From contig JAHDFW010000003.1 in NCBI GenBank assembly GCA_020627945.1, forward strand, positions 7,599 through 71,598: 64,000 nucleotides of DNA, read 5' to 3'. Positions 10,528-20,739 of this stretch are shown in pieces. The translations under genes were made by a program, and so were the position numbers. This DNA comes from Cytophagales bacterium (GTDB lineage: Bacteria; Bacteroidota; Bacteroidia; Cytophagales; JAHDFW01). Below the pieces are notes generated by a model. It was not told the origin of the DNA and ran no database searches. It saw nothing but the letters and a program-made list of their open reading frames with translations. How positions within the stretch are numbered: the stretch's first letter is position 1; the number at the start of each line of letters is the position of its first letter.

Positions 10528-13500
10528 TTACTCCTTAATAAAGCTTACGTTCTTAGTAGAATTATCGTTCTTCAATTGTAAGTGATAAACACCAGAAGCT
10601 AAACCTGCAAGGTCAATTCTATAATTATTAGTTCCTTCGTTCATTACTTGTCTATCAGAATATACTAGTTTACCTAATGCATTGAAGACCATGATCGAAC
10701 TATTGCTACCTTTCTTAGCCGCGATATTCAACTCTACATAATTACGTGCAGGGTTAGGGAATAACTCAACTTCGAACTCCTTAGTTAATCTAACTTCGAT
10801 AACGTTAGTTGGGTAACCAACTCCATCCTCGTTAACTACAGTTAATCTATAGTAAGAAACTCCAGAGTAAGGTTTAGAATCGATGTAGTCATAATCATAA
10901 GTAGTAAGAGTAGTACCATGACCATCTACTTTACCAATATCCTCCCAATCCTTGTTGTTCTTAGAACGTTGAACGATAAAGTGATCATTCTCATTCTCTG
11001 TTACAGTTCTCCAATCAAGGAATACCGCTTCATTTCTAGTTACACCATTGAATGATAACATATCAACAGCAAGTGGCAATACTGGACCAGTTGCAATTGC
11101 GAACTGAGAGAATCCAGAATAACCAGTTCTACTCGCCACTGCTAAAGTTCCCATAATACCAGCACCTGGTTGATCTAAACTTGATTCAATTACCCATGGC
11201 GCAGCTGTAGGATATGGTGAACTTCCATCTCCGAAAGTGAACACCTTATCACGCTTAACTGCTGTAATAAATGGAGCATCTGGTTCATTATAGTAACGCC
11301 CTTGCAACACTACATTATAAGTTGCTGTACCTGCATCAGGCACTACTGTCCAACTACCATCCTCAGTACTAGAAGTGTGATTAAGCCCATCTCCTGTATT
11401 AGAACCATTATCTAAAATATTTGTTAAACCAAGACCAATTAAAGCTCCAAGCCCTGCAGAATCTTGAGCCGTATTTACATCAAATCTTGCAGTAATATCG
11501 GTCATACCTCCAGATACAGCAGACAAATCCTGTATCGTAAGTATTTGCATAGAAGTATCATATCCTCCAGGCATGTTACCTACTGGATAATCATATGAGT
11601 TACCTGCAACCACAGCTCTTTTAAGGTTACCATTAATATAACAACCTGGGTTAGCTGCGCTGTACTCAATTGCATTTGCATCTGAGTTTCTTACATCAAC
11701 AGTTTTAGTGTTAGTAGCACCCCATTCCATATCAAGTATACCGTTTATCAATCTAAGGCGATCCAATACAACTATGTCTTGATCAGTTGCCGCAGCTGCA
11801 GCAACATATACACGAGCGTCAGCGGCAAATTCATTATCAATTCCTAAATCCCAGAAGAAACCTTCAGCAGCCGCTCTAATACGAACTAATTGCGGAGATG
11901 CAGTTCCCACAAAATTAACTCTACCATGGTTTGTAGCAGCGTAATCATACATCTCTAGTCTACCAGCTTGAATCCAGTTACCACATACATCAAGTGTTGA
12001 TTTAGCATCCATAAATTTCAAGATAGCTGGACCTCCTGCATTTCTCAATATAGAGATTTGTCTACAAGAAGCATTTCTTAATCCATTATAGAACGCTATT
12101 TCACAAGTATTACCTGCAACGATTACTGCATTAGTGTTACATGAAGGTACACAATTTGCAGGAACAACACTCGCTGCTGTTTCAGTCCAGTTTGCTCCAT
12201 CAAACCAATCATGATTACCTGTTAAATCTTTAAAGTACAGGATAGACGTTGAACTAGTTACACAAGCTTCCACTCTAGTAGCTGGTAATGTTTCATCACA
12301 AGATCCAACTTGTGCTGTTACATAATAATCCAAACAAGTACCAGCTGTATCCAAACATGCATCATAAGTAACACCAAGACCAGATTGTGCTAAAGAATCA
12401 TCACTCGTCGCAGCATCATGATACCAATTATAAGTAGTTCCAAATACTGGCTCACTAATACCCAGCGTAATACAACCACTTGCACAAGCCGCAATGTCTG
12501 GTACAACAGGTGTATAATATAAACCATGGTGTTCAACAGAATCTCTAGTTAAACTTGGGCAACCATTTACATCAATTGCTTGAACGTAATACCAAGTATC
12601 TCCTAACAATGTGCTATCTACCTGATAAGAACCAGTCCCAGAACCTAAAAGAGTTCCTCCTGTATTAGCATCATACCATTCATACGTAAACCCAGGTTGA
12701 GGAGTTGCTACATATAGTGTATCAATACCTCCTACACAGTTTGTATCAACTGGTATCGTAGGTGGTGCAACAGGGTTAGCAAAGATGTCTGAGTTGAAGA
12801 ACACAGTATCTAACGGACCACAACATTCTGAAGTAATAACCAACTTAATTGTAAAACGTAAAGTAGTTGTTGTTGAATTAACAAAACTGATATCAGTAGT
12901 AGATGCAGTATCAAACGCAATTGTTGAAGTACCTCCAGTTGGGTCTTGAACGAACCACATGTAAGTATAACCTGGAGTACCTGCGTCAGAAGATGCAAAA
13001 GAGTAAGTACCAGGACAAACATCAGAAGAACCTAAGATTGGTCCAGCAACAGATGCATCTACCTGCATATTAATGAACCCACAGTAATCTACATCTGAAG
13101 TAAGAGTCTTTCTTCCTAAATCACCTAAAGTATAATCAATTTCAATTGGGCTACCAGATAAACTTCCTGATACAATGTTAGCACCATCTAAGTTAGTCCA
13201 GTTAGCACCAGCATTAGTTAAAGTAATATCAGTTGTTGTACATGAGAAGTTATCTACAGTTACAAGCGCGTAACCACTAATTGCATCACTTGACCCTGAT
13301 TCAGAAGAACCACCGTCTTGTGTAAACAGCATACCTGCTCCACCACCAGTACCACCTGTTGCATACATTTCACTACAATCTACAGTACCTCCACCATTAT
13401 CTGGCGCGTAAACCGAGAATGCATCACCAGGACCTCCACAACCAGAAAACACTGTTGCTGAACATGGCGAACCTTCTCCAATACAAATACTAAAAGTTTC

Positions 13501-14583
13501 TGTACAGAATGAACTACCTGCATCATCCGTTTCAGAACCAAAGTATAAAATACCACCACCTGTCAAATCTACTGAAGCAGCTGGTAAAACATAGTTATAT
13601 GGCGGTGTATCATCCGCTGTACCACAAAATAACTCTACAGGTGATGTACAAGTAAGGTTCGTTACTAAAATATCTGGATTACTTTCTAAACCTATCCATC
13701 TATCAATTTCAATATACACATCTTCAGTTGTAGCTGGTAAAACATATGAAGAACGATAAGTAATACCTAAACACGTTCCTGCACCACCAGTTACAGTATA
13801 CATAGTAGAATAAAAACAGTTATCAGGATACATTTGACCATAATTAACTACGGCATCAGTTGTAGAACAAGCTCCAGTACCTCCATTGTTACCGTTAACT
13901 GTTGGGAAAGCCCAGTTAGCTTGATCAGATACTGGAGGAGCACAATCCCACTCAGTAACACTCCATAAATCCAACCAACATTCTCCAGAAGTAGGTCCCC
14001 CTGCAACAATACCTGTTTCATGTAAACCAACGAATCTAGTTTGAGTTGCTCCACCACCTAAATCAGCAGCAGTTGGTGCCCAAACAGCTTGCCATAAACC
14101 ATAAGCATCTGGCTCAATATTAGTAGTCTGCATATGAACCACAGCTGTACCTGTTCCCGGAGTATCAAACTCATCCCAATCTCCATCTGGGTTATTACCT
14201 GTAGCAGGAATAGATGACATTGTAAAATCCGCAGCTGCCGAGTTATCAGATGCATAAATCTCAAACAAGTAAAATTTACCTGCTGTGAATGTTACTGCAG
14301 GTGATGTCGCGTTATACTCTAAATAACGATCACCTCCTTGTTTAACTGCAACACAATGCAAATTTTGCACTAACGAAAACGGGTTTGAGTTATCAATTGT
14401 AACTGTACCTCTGTTAACCGTGATTACTGGCAATGGACCGTTTAATGGTGCATTAGAGGTAGTTCCAGTTCCTTCACTGGCCTCAAAATCCGTTTTATAA
14501 ATAATGGTCTGAGACATTGCTGTCGTGGATGCTAAAGCGAATAGCATCAAACCACTTACTATTTTGGTAAAATTTATTTTCAT
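10528..14583 (-). CDS. Large secreted cell-surface protein with T9SS type-A C-terminal sorting domain
   Basis: Signal peptide 'MKINFTKIVSGLMLFALASTTAMSQ', so the track start at 14652 is trimmed. Ig-like 'YxW(Y/F)' modules ('GYTYMWFVQD', 'GFTYEWYDANTGG', 'GTTYNWYHD'). An 'LSFNGVTRNEAVFLDWRTVTENENDHFIVQRS' Fn3-like module. C-terminus 'LFPNPARNYVELNI...GVYHLQL'. Confidence 0.8.
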   Translation of the reverse strand: MKINFTKIVSGLMLFALASTTAMSQTIIYKTDFEASEGTGTTSNAPLNGPLPVITVNRGTVTIDNSNPFSLVQNLHCVAVKQGGDRYLEYNATSPAVTFTAGKFYLFEIYASDNSAAADFTMSSIPATGNNPDGDWDEFDTPGTGTAVVHMQTTNIEPDAYGLWQAVWAPTAADLGGGATQTRFVGLHETGIVAGGPTSGECWLDLWSVTEWDCAPPVSDQANWAFPTVNGNNGGTGACSTTDAVVNYGQMYPDNCFYSTMYTVTGGAGTCLGITYRSSYVLPATTEDVYIEIDRWIGLESNPDILVTNLTCTSPVELFCGTADDTPPYNYVLPAASVDLTGGGILYFGSETDDAGSSFCTETFSICIGEGSPCSATVFSGCGGPGDAFSVYAPDNGGGTVDCSEMYATGGTGGGAGMLFTQDGGSSESGSSDAISGYALVTVDNFSCTTTDITLTNAGANWTNLDGANIVSGSLSGSPIEIDYTLGDLGRKTLTSDVDYCGFINMQVDASVAGPILGSSDVCPGTYSFASSDAGTPGYTYMWFVQDPTGGTSTIAFDTASTTDISFVNSTTTTLRFTIKLVITSECCGPLDTVFFNSDIFANPVAPPTIPVDTNCVGGIDTLYVATPQPGFTYEWYDANTGGTLLGSGTGSYQVDSTLLGDTWYYVQAIDVNGCPSLTRDSVEHHGLYYTPVVPDIAACASGCITLGISEPVFGTTYNWYHDAATSDDSLAQSGLGVTYDACLDTAGTCLDYYVTAQVGSCDETLPATRVEACVTSSTSILYFKDLTGNHDWFDGANWTETAASVVPANCVPSCNTNAVIVAGNTCEIAFYNGLRNASCRQISILRNAGGPAILKFMDAKSTLDVCGNWIQAGRLEMYDYAATNHGRVNFVGTASPQLVRIRAAAEGFFWDLGIDNEFAADARVYVAAAAATDQDIVVLDRLRLINGILDMEWGATNTKTVDVRNSDANAIEYSAANPGCYINGNLKRAVVAGNSYDYPVGNMPGGYDTSMQILTIQDLSAVSGGMTDITARFDVNTAQDSAGLGALIGLGLTNILDNGSNTGDGLNHTSSTEDGSWTVVPDAGTATYNVVLQGRYYNEPDAPFITAVKRDKVFTFGDGSSPYPTAAPWVIESSLDQPGAGIMGTLAVASRTGYSGFSQFAIATGPVLPLAVDMLSFNGVTRNEAVFLDWRTVTENENDHFIVQRSKNNKDWEDIGKVDGHGTTLTTYDYDYIDSKPYSGVSYYRLTVVNEDGVGYPTNVIEVRLTKEFEVELFPNPARNYVELNIAAKKGSNSSIMVFNALGKLVYSDRQVMNEGTNNYRIDLAGLASGVYHLQLKNDNSTKNVSFIKE

Positions 14584-14623
14584 AATTCTATAAATTTCTA
14601 ACTTCTTAATAATCAAACCTAAT

Positions 14624-17600
14624 TTATTCTGCAGCTGCAACACCACCATCAATATAACAACGAATTATATCATAATTGGTACACCCCGAACCTAAGTTGA
14701 TACCATAGTTGTTCTTTTGTGAACTAACTGCGTGTCCAGCAGGAGCACCTGTTTCAGAACCACCAGGCATTACAATTTTCAAATCTTGGAATCTAAATGC
14801 TTCGGAACCACCAACTACTTTAAACATACTGTAATCAGTACCAGCAACATTTCCATCATCAGCAGTAACATTACTTCTTATAAATCTAGATCCATTACCA
14901 TCACTCATATCAGAAGACTTAGTAGTAAATGTAGCGTCATAACCACCTTCGATAGTTACAAAACCATTCACCCATAAGAACTTATCATAGTTGTAATCAC
15001 CAACCGCACACTTAATAACTGTACTCGTACAAAGAGCTCTTGCTAATGCACTATCTAAAGTAGTTGGTTGATCTTTAGTAAGACCACTGTTAGCACCAAC
15101 TCCAGAAGGAGACACATAAAGTACTTCACAAACTGTTGCAGTAGCTCCTCCAGCAATATTTATTGTAGCATTTGCAGTATTACCTAAACATCCTTCTGGA
15201 ACAGAAGCAACAACTGTGTAAGCTCCGTCAGGTAGATTAACTGTATCTTTCCAACCAAGTGATCCATCGTTTACTGAACCTGCACTCCAAGAGTGAGTAC
15301 ATGTTTGACAAGGCAATCCATTGATTGTTGTAGTTGCGATCAGATCAGTTGTACCTGAACAAATCGTTACGTTATTAGGATCAACAGACGTTACAATTTC
15401 CTCTACAACTTGTACACCAATCGAAGTCTCTCTTAAACATCCTGCGTAATCAGATGTGATAATGTATACTGTAGTCTCAGTTGGGTTTACTGTAAACACA
15501 CCTGTTGTATTTACCTGACCTCCAGGATTAAGTATATAAACCTCGTTTGCTGGCAAACCTGTAGCCGTAATTGTCACCTCTTCACCAGGAGTACAAGCAA
15601 ATGACTTACTAGTAGTTAACTGAAGCTTAGCAATTACGTACTCTATGTCAATATAACCTCCTTCACCAATTATATTACCACACTTATCTGCCAATACTGG
15701 AGATGGGTTAATTGTAACTCTATAATTACCAGATGGAAGAGAACCATCATGCCATAACCAAATTTCGTTAGTCGTTTGTCCAACTTCACCTGTACAACCT
15801 ACACCAGTAGCACTATCAAAAGCAGCTGTATAGTTAAGGTTATCATCATTGTTGAAGATATCAAAATCAGCTAAGTCAATAGATGCACACTGAATTGGCT
15901 CATCTGTGAAAACCACAATTGCATTTTGACCACAAGCAGACTCTCCTCTCCACAATAATGGAGGGATAGTATCAAATACCGATGCTCCAGTAAATGTAAT
16001 AGTAAATCCTTCGTTATCCGCTGTATAGTTATCAACGAATAGAGCAAATGTCTCACCAGCCGTAACATCAAGACCATTCATAATCTTGTTACATCCAGGT
16101 GTTCCTGGCTCTTCCTCAGGAATTGTAGCGTTTGAAGTAGCTACATCCATACCAGTGTTACCAGTAGTACCACAGAAGTTACAACGATCTGGAACAGCAC
16201 CAGGGATACCGTCACAACCATCTTGAGAAATGTTATACAATGCGAAGTCATAATCATTTGCAGTTGCAATATCAAATCCAAATGCACCTGAAGTTTGCAC
16301 CGTAAATATAAACCATAGTGAATTAGACTCATTTACACCGATACAAGTGTTACCAAGTAATTCTTGAGTAAGACCAGGACCTATGTAAGATTCTGTTTGA
16401 GTATACGTTGCGTTACAAATCGCAATACCACCAGAACAATCTTGCTCTGGTCCAGTCAATATACCTGGAGGAATATTACCCTCTTTTAAACAGATATCGA
16501 AATCACCTGTTTCAAGTGGATCTGAACCTACCGCTAAATAATAATTAAGTGTATCAGACAATCTGTCGAAAACATACGTTCCACTATCAGGGTGTTGACA
16601 TTCTGAACCATAAAGTAAACCATAAGTCAAGATAGAATCACATGATCCTGGAGCTGACTTAGGCACACCGATTAACATCAAGTCAACCTCACCAGTAAAT
16701 GTATGGTTACTTATGTTTATTTCCACCATGTTGTTTGCTGTAGAAGCAAGACCGAAACGATACCATACTGTACTGTTACCGGCATTGAAACATCCACCGA
16801 AGGTTTCCGCACGATTCGCACAATTGTTAGTCTGACTAGTTAAACACGTACTATCCGTAGGGATAATCTGAGAAGAACACAAGCTATCATTAGCAGGTGC
16901 ACCACCAGCAAAACATGGATCAACTGATTGATTTAAACAGATATCGAAGTTACCTTCATTACCTGCTTCTGTAGATACTAAGATATAGTACTTAGCAGTT
17001 GAATCTAAACCTCTTAAATTAATTGTATCATTTGTTGCGTTAATACATTCATTGTACACCCAAGCAACAAGCGTGTCACAAGCAGAACCTTCAATAATAC
17101 CAACTCTCAACGTATCATCAGTTACTGTAGTATTAGTAAAGATGATCTCAGCATCGGAAGCATTTCCTGTCAAATCAAACTCATACCATACAGAGTTAGA
17201 GTTTGCATCAATACAACCAATTGTATAATCAGGGAAAGAACATTGGTTCGTTTCACCAGTCAAACAAGCTTGATTAGTTCCTGCAAAGTCTAAAACAGTA
17301 GCATTACAAATACTATCATTAGAAGCTGGAGCTGCAACACATGGATCGAACGACTGCTCAATACATAATCTAAAATCTCCTTGGCTACCTGCAGGTGTAG
17401 AAACCATTAAGTAATAAGTAGTATCAGCTAACAACTGAGTTAAATTAAAAGTATCTGTGTTAGCATTTCCACAATCAGACCATACGAAAGTTGGGTTAGC
17501 GCAAACACTATCCAAAACCATCATTCCAACCTGACCACCTAAGAAAGTGTTTGTATCAAAGCTAATAGCAACTTGGTTGTTTGGTGCTGTTAATGTGAAT

Positions 17601-19966
17601 GTATACCATACTGACATAGAACCAGCAGCAATACAGTTTCCATCTGTATAATCTGCAGTTGCACAAGAGTCAGTTTGTAATGTCGCTTGACAAGCATCCA
17701 TAGTTAATGCAACTGCACTACAAATATCATCATTTGCAGGAGCACCACCTACACAAGCACTTCCAGTTGGAGTAAGACACACATCATAAGTTCCTACATC
17801 CAAAGTAGCTGATCCAATACCAATATAGTATACAGAATCAACTGGAAGGTTATTAAAGTTATATATACCAATAGCTCCACATTCTGCACCAAATGCAGTT
17901 GGATTATTAGGGTATTGACCTACAACAATAATTTCAAAATCACCTCCACTTGAAGAGTTACTTAATGTCAAATCAAAACCATCTTGAAGGTTAGTTAAGT
18001 CTACTGTGTACCACATCATGTGATCTCCTGTAACACATCCACTAGCATAAAAACCGTCTGCAGTAGAACAGGTATTATCTCCAGCTGTAATAGTAGGACA
18101 AGTTGTTAAAGAAACCGCAAATTGAATAGAGTCATTTGGAGGAGGTGTACAACAAGCGGTACAAGGACCACCACAATCTACACCCGTCTCAGCTCCATCC
18201 TGAACTCCGTTTGCACACTTAGTAGCACATGCTTGACATACACCACCACAGTCAATAGAAGTTTCATCTTGGTTTAATATACCATCAAAACAACTTGGAC
18301 CAGCAGTACAAGTATAAGGAATCATTGCTCCAGGACCACACTCGTTAGAAGCAAAACTACCTCCTGAATGACCTACATGAGCTACTTCATCATCCCAAGC
18401 TGCAGAACCAGGAGCAGTACCATTTCTATCCATAACGAATAAACCACCATTAGTAGCGTTCGCATCGATAGTTACATTCTGAAAACCATTTGTTAATGAC
18501 CAATACATGATATCAGATGTTAGAGCAAAGTGACCCAATTGGTGACCGTGTCCAACTTCGTGCATTGCTACACTCTTAAAATCATATTCTGCAGCAGCAG
18601 GAGGACCAGCTGTAAAGTTCCAGTTCTGTCCTGCATCAAATTTAATATCTAAATCACTTACATACCAAGAAAGTCCACTAGCACCGTAGCATCCTGAGTA
18701 ATAAGAATAACATGTTCCAAGCACACCACTTGGTAACGCACAAGTGTTATCAAAAGAAACAATATTTACACCATCTCCCGAAGCTTGACAAGCTACCGTA
18801 GATTGAGTAGCAGCAGTATCCCAGTTAATTCCAGTAGCAGCAGTCCACTCACAAAGTGATTCTCCAAATCTTGCTACAGCATCTTTATTCGAGTAAAAGT
18901 TTGTACTGTACGTCCAAGTATAACCACCAATAGAATTGGTATTCACCATATCAGCAGCATTCTCAACACCTCCACTACCAATGTTCGAAACATTATAAGG
19001 AACTATAATTGGCACAGTAGACGAACCTGTTGTTGCATGTCTTACCTGCACCTGACCAGTTGTTGCACCACTAGGAACCAAACAGATAATTTCTGTATCC
19101 GTCCAAGTAGTAATTAATCCAGCAGGACAGTTAATTGTAGTAGCACCACCATCATCAGCGTTAGGGAATCTTAACTCTCCTTGGTTGGCTCCAAAACCTG
19201 TACCAGTAATTCTAATTTCAGTATAAGTACCCGCAGAAGCAACATTACCACCACCTGCTGTATTAGTAAGCGCTGTAATATTAACTACTCTTTGACCTGC
19301 ACCAGTTTGCTTAATGTAATCGTCAGCAACAAAAGACTTAACTTCAAAGAACCCTCTGTTAGTTACGTTACTCACTTTAATATAAAGATCGTTCACTACA
19401 TCATTATAAGAATCAAACACTCCAACAGCTTTGCGTTGGTAACGATCGTAGTTTACGTATCCCTGAGCAGAACCGTACGCCTCGTATATTGTTTCATTCT
19501 TTGGAATTGGGTTGTAAACCGCCTTCCCTCCATAAATAGACTTAACAGCCTTAGCATGGAAGTTAGGATCGTAATCTTTCAACACAACACCTGACATTTT
19601 AGTAGAGAACATCCCTACTTCACCTGGAACTAATTCCAATGAAGGAGAAACTCTCATCATTTTGTCTCCTACAACACCACCTTGTGTAACAACACTTATG
19701 ACATTTGTATTCAACACTCCTTTAAACACTTTGTAAACTTCAATTTTGTTTACTGTGTAAATAACGCTCTTGTCATGATTCCAATAAGATTTCTGCGCTA
19801 GAATCTTACCTTCCACGACTAAGTCAGAATTAGACACCCTTTCTTGTAGTGAGACCGGGGTCATCATACAACTTTGTGCTTGAGCAATAATTGACATTGA
19901 TAGAATGGCACACCCCATCAATATAGCTTTCAACGATCTCATAGTTTTAAAGTAATTATGATTCAT
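14624..19966 (-). CDS. Giant secreted metzincin-type zinc metalloprotease with IPT/TIG-like domain and tandem Cys-rich modules; no recognisable T9SS tail
   Basis: Signal peptide 'MRSLKAILMGCAILSMSIIAQAQ' (alternative start M9 at 19942). 'HEVGHGHQLGH' (HExxHxxGxxH) at 18530-18562, with 'DIMYW' as a Met-turn candidate. 'IRITGTGFG...GELRFPN' is IPT/TIG-like. Four or five ~135-aa Cys-rich repeats follow. The protein ends 'RCYIDGGVAAAE'. Confidence 0.8.
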   Translation of the reverse strand: MNHNYFKTMRSLKAILMGCAILSMSIIAQAQSCMMTPVSLQERVSNSDLVVEGKILAQKSYWNHDKSVIYTVNKIEVYKVFKGVLNTNVISVVTQGGVVGDKMMRVSPSLELVPGEVGMFSTKMSGVVLKDYDPNFHAKAVKSIYGGKAVYNPIPKNETIYEAYGSAQGYVNYDRYQRKAVGVFDSYNDVVNDLYIKVSNVTNRGFFEVKSFVADDYIKQTGAGQRVVNITALTNTAGGGNVASAGTYTEIRITGTGFGANQGELRFPNADDGGATTINCPAGLITTWTDTEIICLVPSGATTGQVQVRHATTGSSTVPIIVPYNVSNIGSGGVENAADMVNTNSIGGYTWTYSTNFYSNKDAVARFGESLCEWTAATGINWDTAATQSTVACQASGDGVNIVSFDNTCALPSGVLGTCYSYYSGCYGASGLSWYVSDLDIKFDAGQNWNFTAGPPAAAEYDFKSVAMHEVGHGHQLGHFALTSDIMYWSLTNGFQNVTIDANATNGGLFVMDRNGTAPGSAAWDDEVAHVGHSGGSFASNECGPGAMIPYTCTAGPSCFDGILNQDETSIDCGGVCQACATKCANGVQDGAETGVDCGGPCTACCTPPPNDSIQFAVSLTTCPTITAGDNTCSTADGFYASGCVTGDHMMWYTVDLTNLQDGFDLTLSNSSSGGDFEIIVVGQYPNNPTAFGAECGAIGIYNFNNLPVDSVYYIGIGSATLDVGTYDVCLTPTGSACVGGAPANDDICSAVALTMDACQATLQTDSCATADYTDGNCIAAGSMSVWYTFTLTAPNNQVAISFDTNTFLGGQVGMMVLDSVCANPTFVWSDCGNANTDTFNLTQLLADTTYYLMVSTPAGSQGDFRLCIEQSFDPCVAAPASNDSICNATVLDFAGTNQACLTGETNQCSFPDYTIGCIDANSNSVWYEFDLTGNASDAEIIFTNTTVTDDTLRVGIIEGSACDTLVAWVYNECINATNDTINLRGLDSTAKYYILVSTEAGNEGNFDICLNQSVDPCFAGGAPANDSLCSSQIIPTDSTCLTSQTNNCANRAETFGGCFNAGNSTVWYRFGLASTANNMVEINISNHTFTGEVDLMLIGVPKSAPGSCDSILTYGLLYGSECQHPDSGTYVFDRLSDTLNYYLAVGSDPLETGDFDICLKEGNIPPGILTGPEQDCSGGIAICNATYTQTESYIGPGLTQELLGNTCIGVNESNSLWFIFTVQTSGAFGFDIATANDYDFALYNISQDGCDGIPGAVPDRCNFCGTTGNTGMDVATSNATIPEEEPGTPGCNKIMNGLDVTAGETFALFVDNYTADNEGFTITFTGASVFDTIPPLLWRGESACGQNAIVVFTDEPIQCASIDLADFDIFNNDDNLNYTAAFDSATGVGCTGEVGQTTNEIWLWHDGSLPSGNYRVTINPSPVLADKCGNIIGEGGYIDIEYVIAKLQLTTSKSFACTPGEEVTITATGLPANEVYILNPGGQVNTTGVFTVNPTETTVYIITSDYAGCLRETSIGVQVVEEIVTSVDPNNVTICSGTTDLIATTTINGLPCQTCTHSWSAGSVNDGSLGWKDTVNLPDGAYTVVASVPEGCLGNTANATINIAGGATATVCEVLYVSPSGVGANSGLTKDQPTTLDSALARALCTSTVIKCAVGDYNYDKFLWVNGFVTIEGGYDATFTTKSSDMSDGNGSRFIRSNVTADDGNVAGTDYSMFKVVGGSEAFRFQDLKIVMPGGSETGAPAGHAVSSQKNNYGINLGSGCTNYDIIRCYIDGGVAAAE
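16472..18148 (-). repeat. Four tandem ~135-aa Cys-rich modules inside the metzincin gene (protein-level repeats)
   Basis: Each unit follows (A)P(A)ND..C.......C....N.C........C......S(V/M)WY.F.L....(spacer)....YY(L/I).V......G.F..C(L/I). The units span aa ~607-1165. A fifth, divergent unit ('DCSGGIAICNATY...NSLWFIF...DYDFALY') follows them. Confidence 0.75.
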
Positions 19967-20046
19967 ATTATAGTTCGTAAATATTATATAAACTCGCTTT
20001 AAGTAAGCAAGTCAAAAAATCAGATTAATTTGTTTGTATTGTTATA

Positions 20047-20391
20047 CTAGTTCGTACCTAAAGTTGGGTCTGCAACCAATTGCTTATCTTCCTGCTTCAC
20101 AGGCTCCCCTACTGGAGAAAGATAAGAAATCTTACCTTGTGTAGTTCTCTTGTCGTTCTGAAACAGCATCCCCTCCTTAGAAGGTTGTGCTTGTTCCACA
20201 ACTACGGAACTTCCCACTTCGATAATCGAATAATTGGTATACTCTACTTTTTTCGATTCTTCTTGCATAGCATTCACTTCTGCAGCTCCAATCTTTTCAG
20301 GAGCCGAAGCAGCCTTATCAGATTGAGCATTCAAGTGCAACCCTAAGAGTAAGAATACAATACCAAACGTTAATTTTTTTAATGTAGCCAT
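20047..20391 (-). CDS. Small secreted hypothetical protein
   Basis: Signal peptide 'MATLKKLTFGIVFLLLGLHLNAQ'. No recognisable domain. It lies 80 nt upstream of the giant metzincin on the same strand. The start could instead be 20418. Confidence 0.5.
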   Translation of the reverse strand: MATLKKLTFGIVFLLLGLHLNAQSDKAASAPEKIGAAEVNAMQEESKKVEYTNYSIIEVGSSVVVEQAQPSKEGMLFQNDKRTTQGKISYLSPVGEPVKQEDKQLVADPTLGTN

Positions 20392-20442
20392 GTCGTCCAT
20401 TTTAAAACTGTTTTGCAATAAAATCTAAATTCAGGTCAATTA

Positions 20443-20450
20443 CAAATGTA
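20443..20450 (-). promoter_or_regulatory. Candidate -7 box (TAcaTTTG) for the small-protein/metzincin/T9SS-protein operon
   Basis: Plus strand 'caaatgta', upstream of both candidate starts (20418 and 20391). Confidence 0.4.
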
Positions 20451-20674
20451 TAAAGTCCTTTTTTTAAAGTCTTGGATTATTTAAATATTTAATTGAATTA
20501 TTGAGTGCTATTTTAGCATTAGCCGTTCGCTAATAAATACTTCCGTAATCCTTAACTTCTTGTTATTTGCCTTCGTATATACTGGGGGTCAGAAAAAGGT
20601 AACCCAATATTTCACATTTTTTCCAGATTTTTCAAAATTCAACCTTATCACCCTTTACATGTAATAAAAAATAG

Positions 20675-20682
20675 TACATTTG
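20675..20682 (+). promoter_or_regulatory. Candidate -7 box (TAcaTTTG) for the permease gene
   Basis: 'tacatttg', 57 nt upstream of the ATG at 20740. Confidence 0.4.
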
Positions 20683-20739
20683 TCGGGTTAGTATAGAATG
20701 CATTTGTATTCGTTTTTTGTTATAACATAAGTTTAAACG

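Noticed and set aside
14584-14652. Apparent 29-nt overlap between the 1780-aa and 1374-aa ORFs, considered as a frameshifted or fused single giant gene.
   Set aside because: The downstream protein has its own canonical signal peptide starting at the Met at 14583. The overlap comes only from the upstream extension of the ORF call. The real intergenic gap is 40 nt. Possible truncation of the upstream gene is kept as a separate finding.
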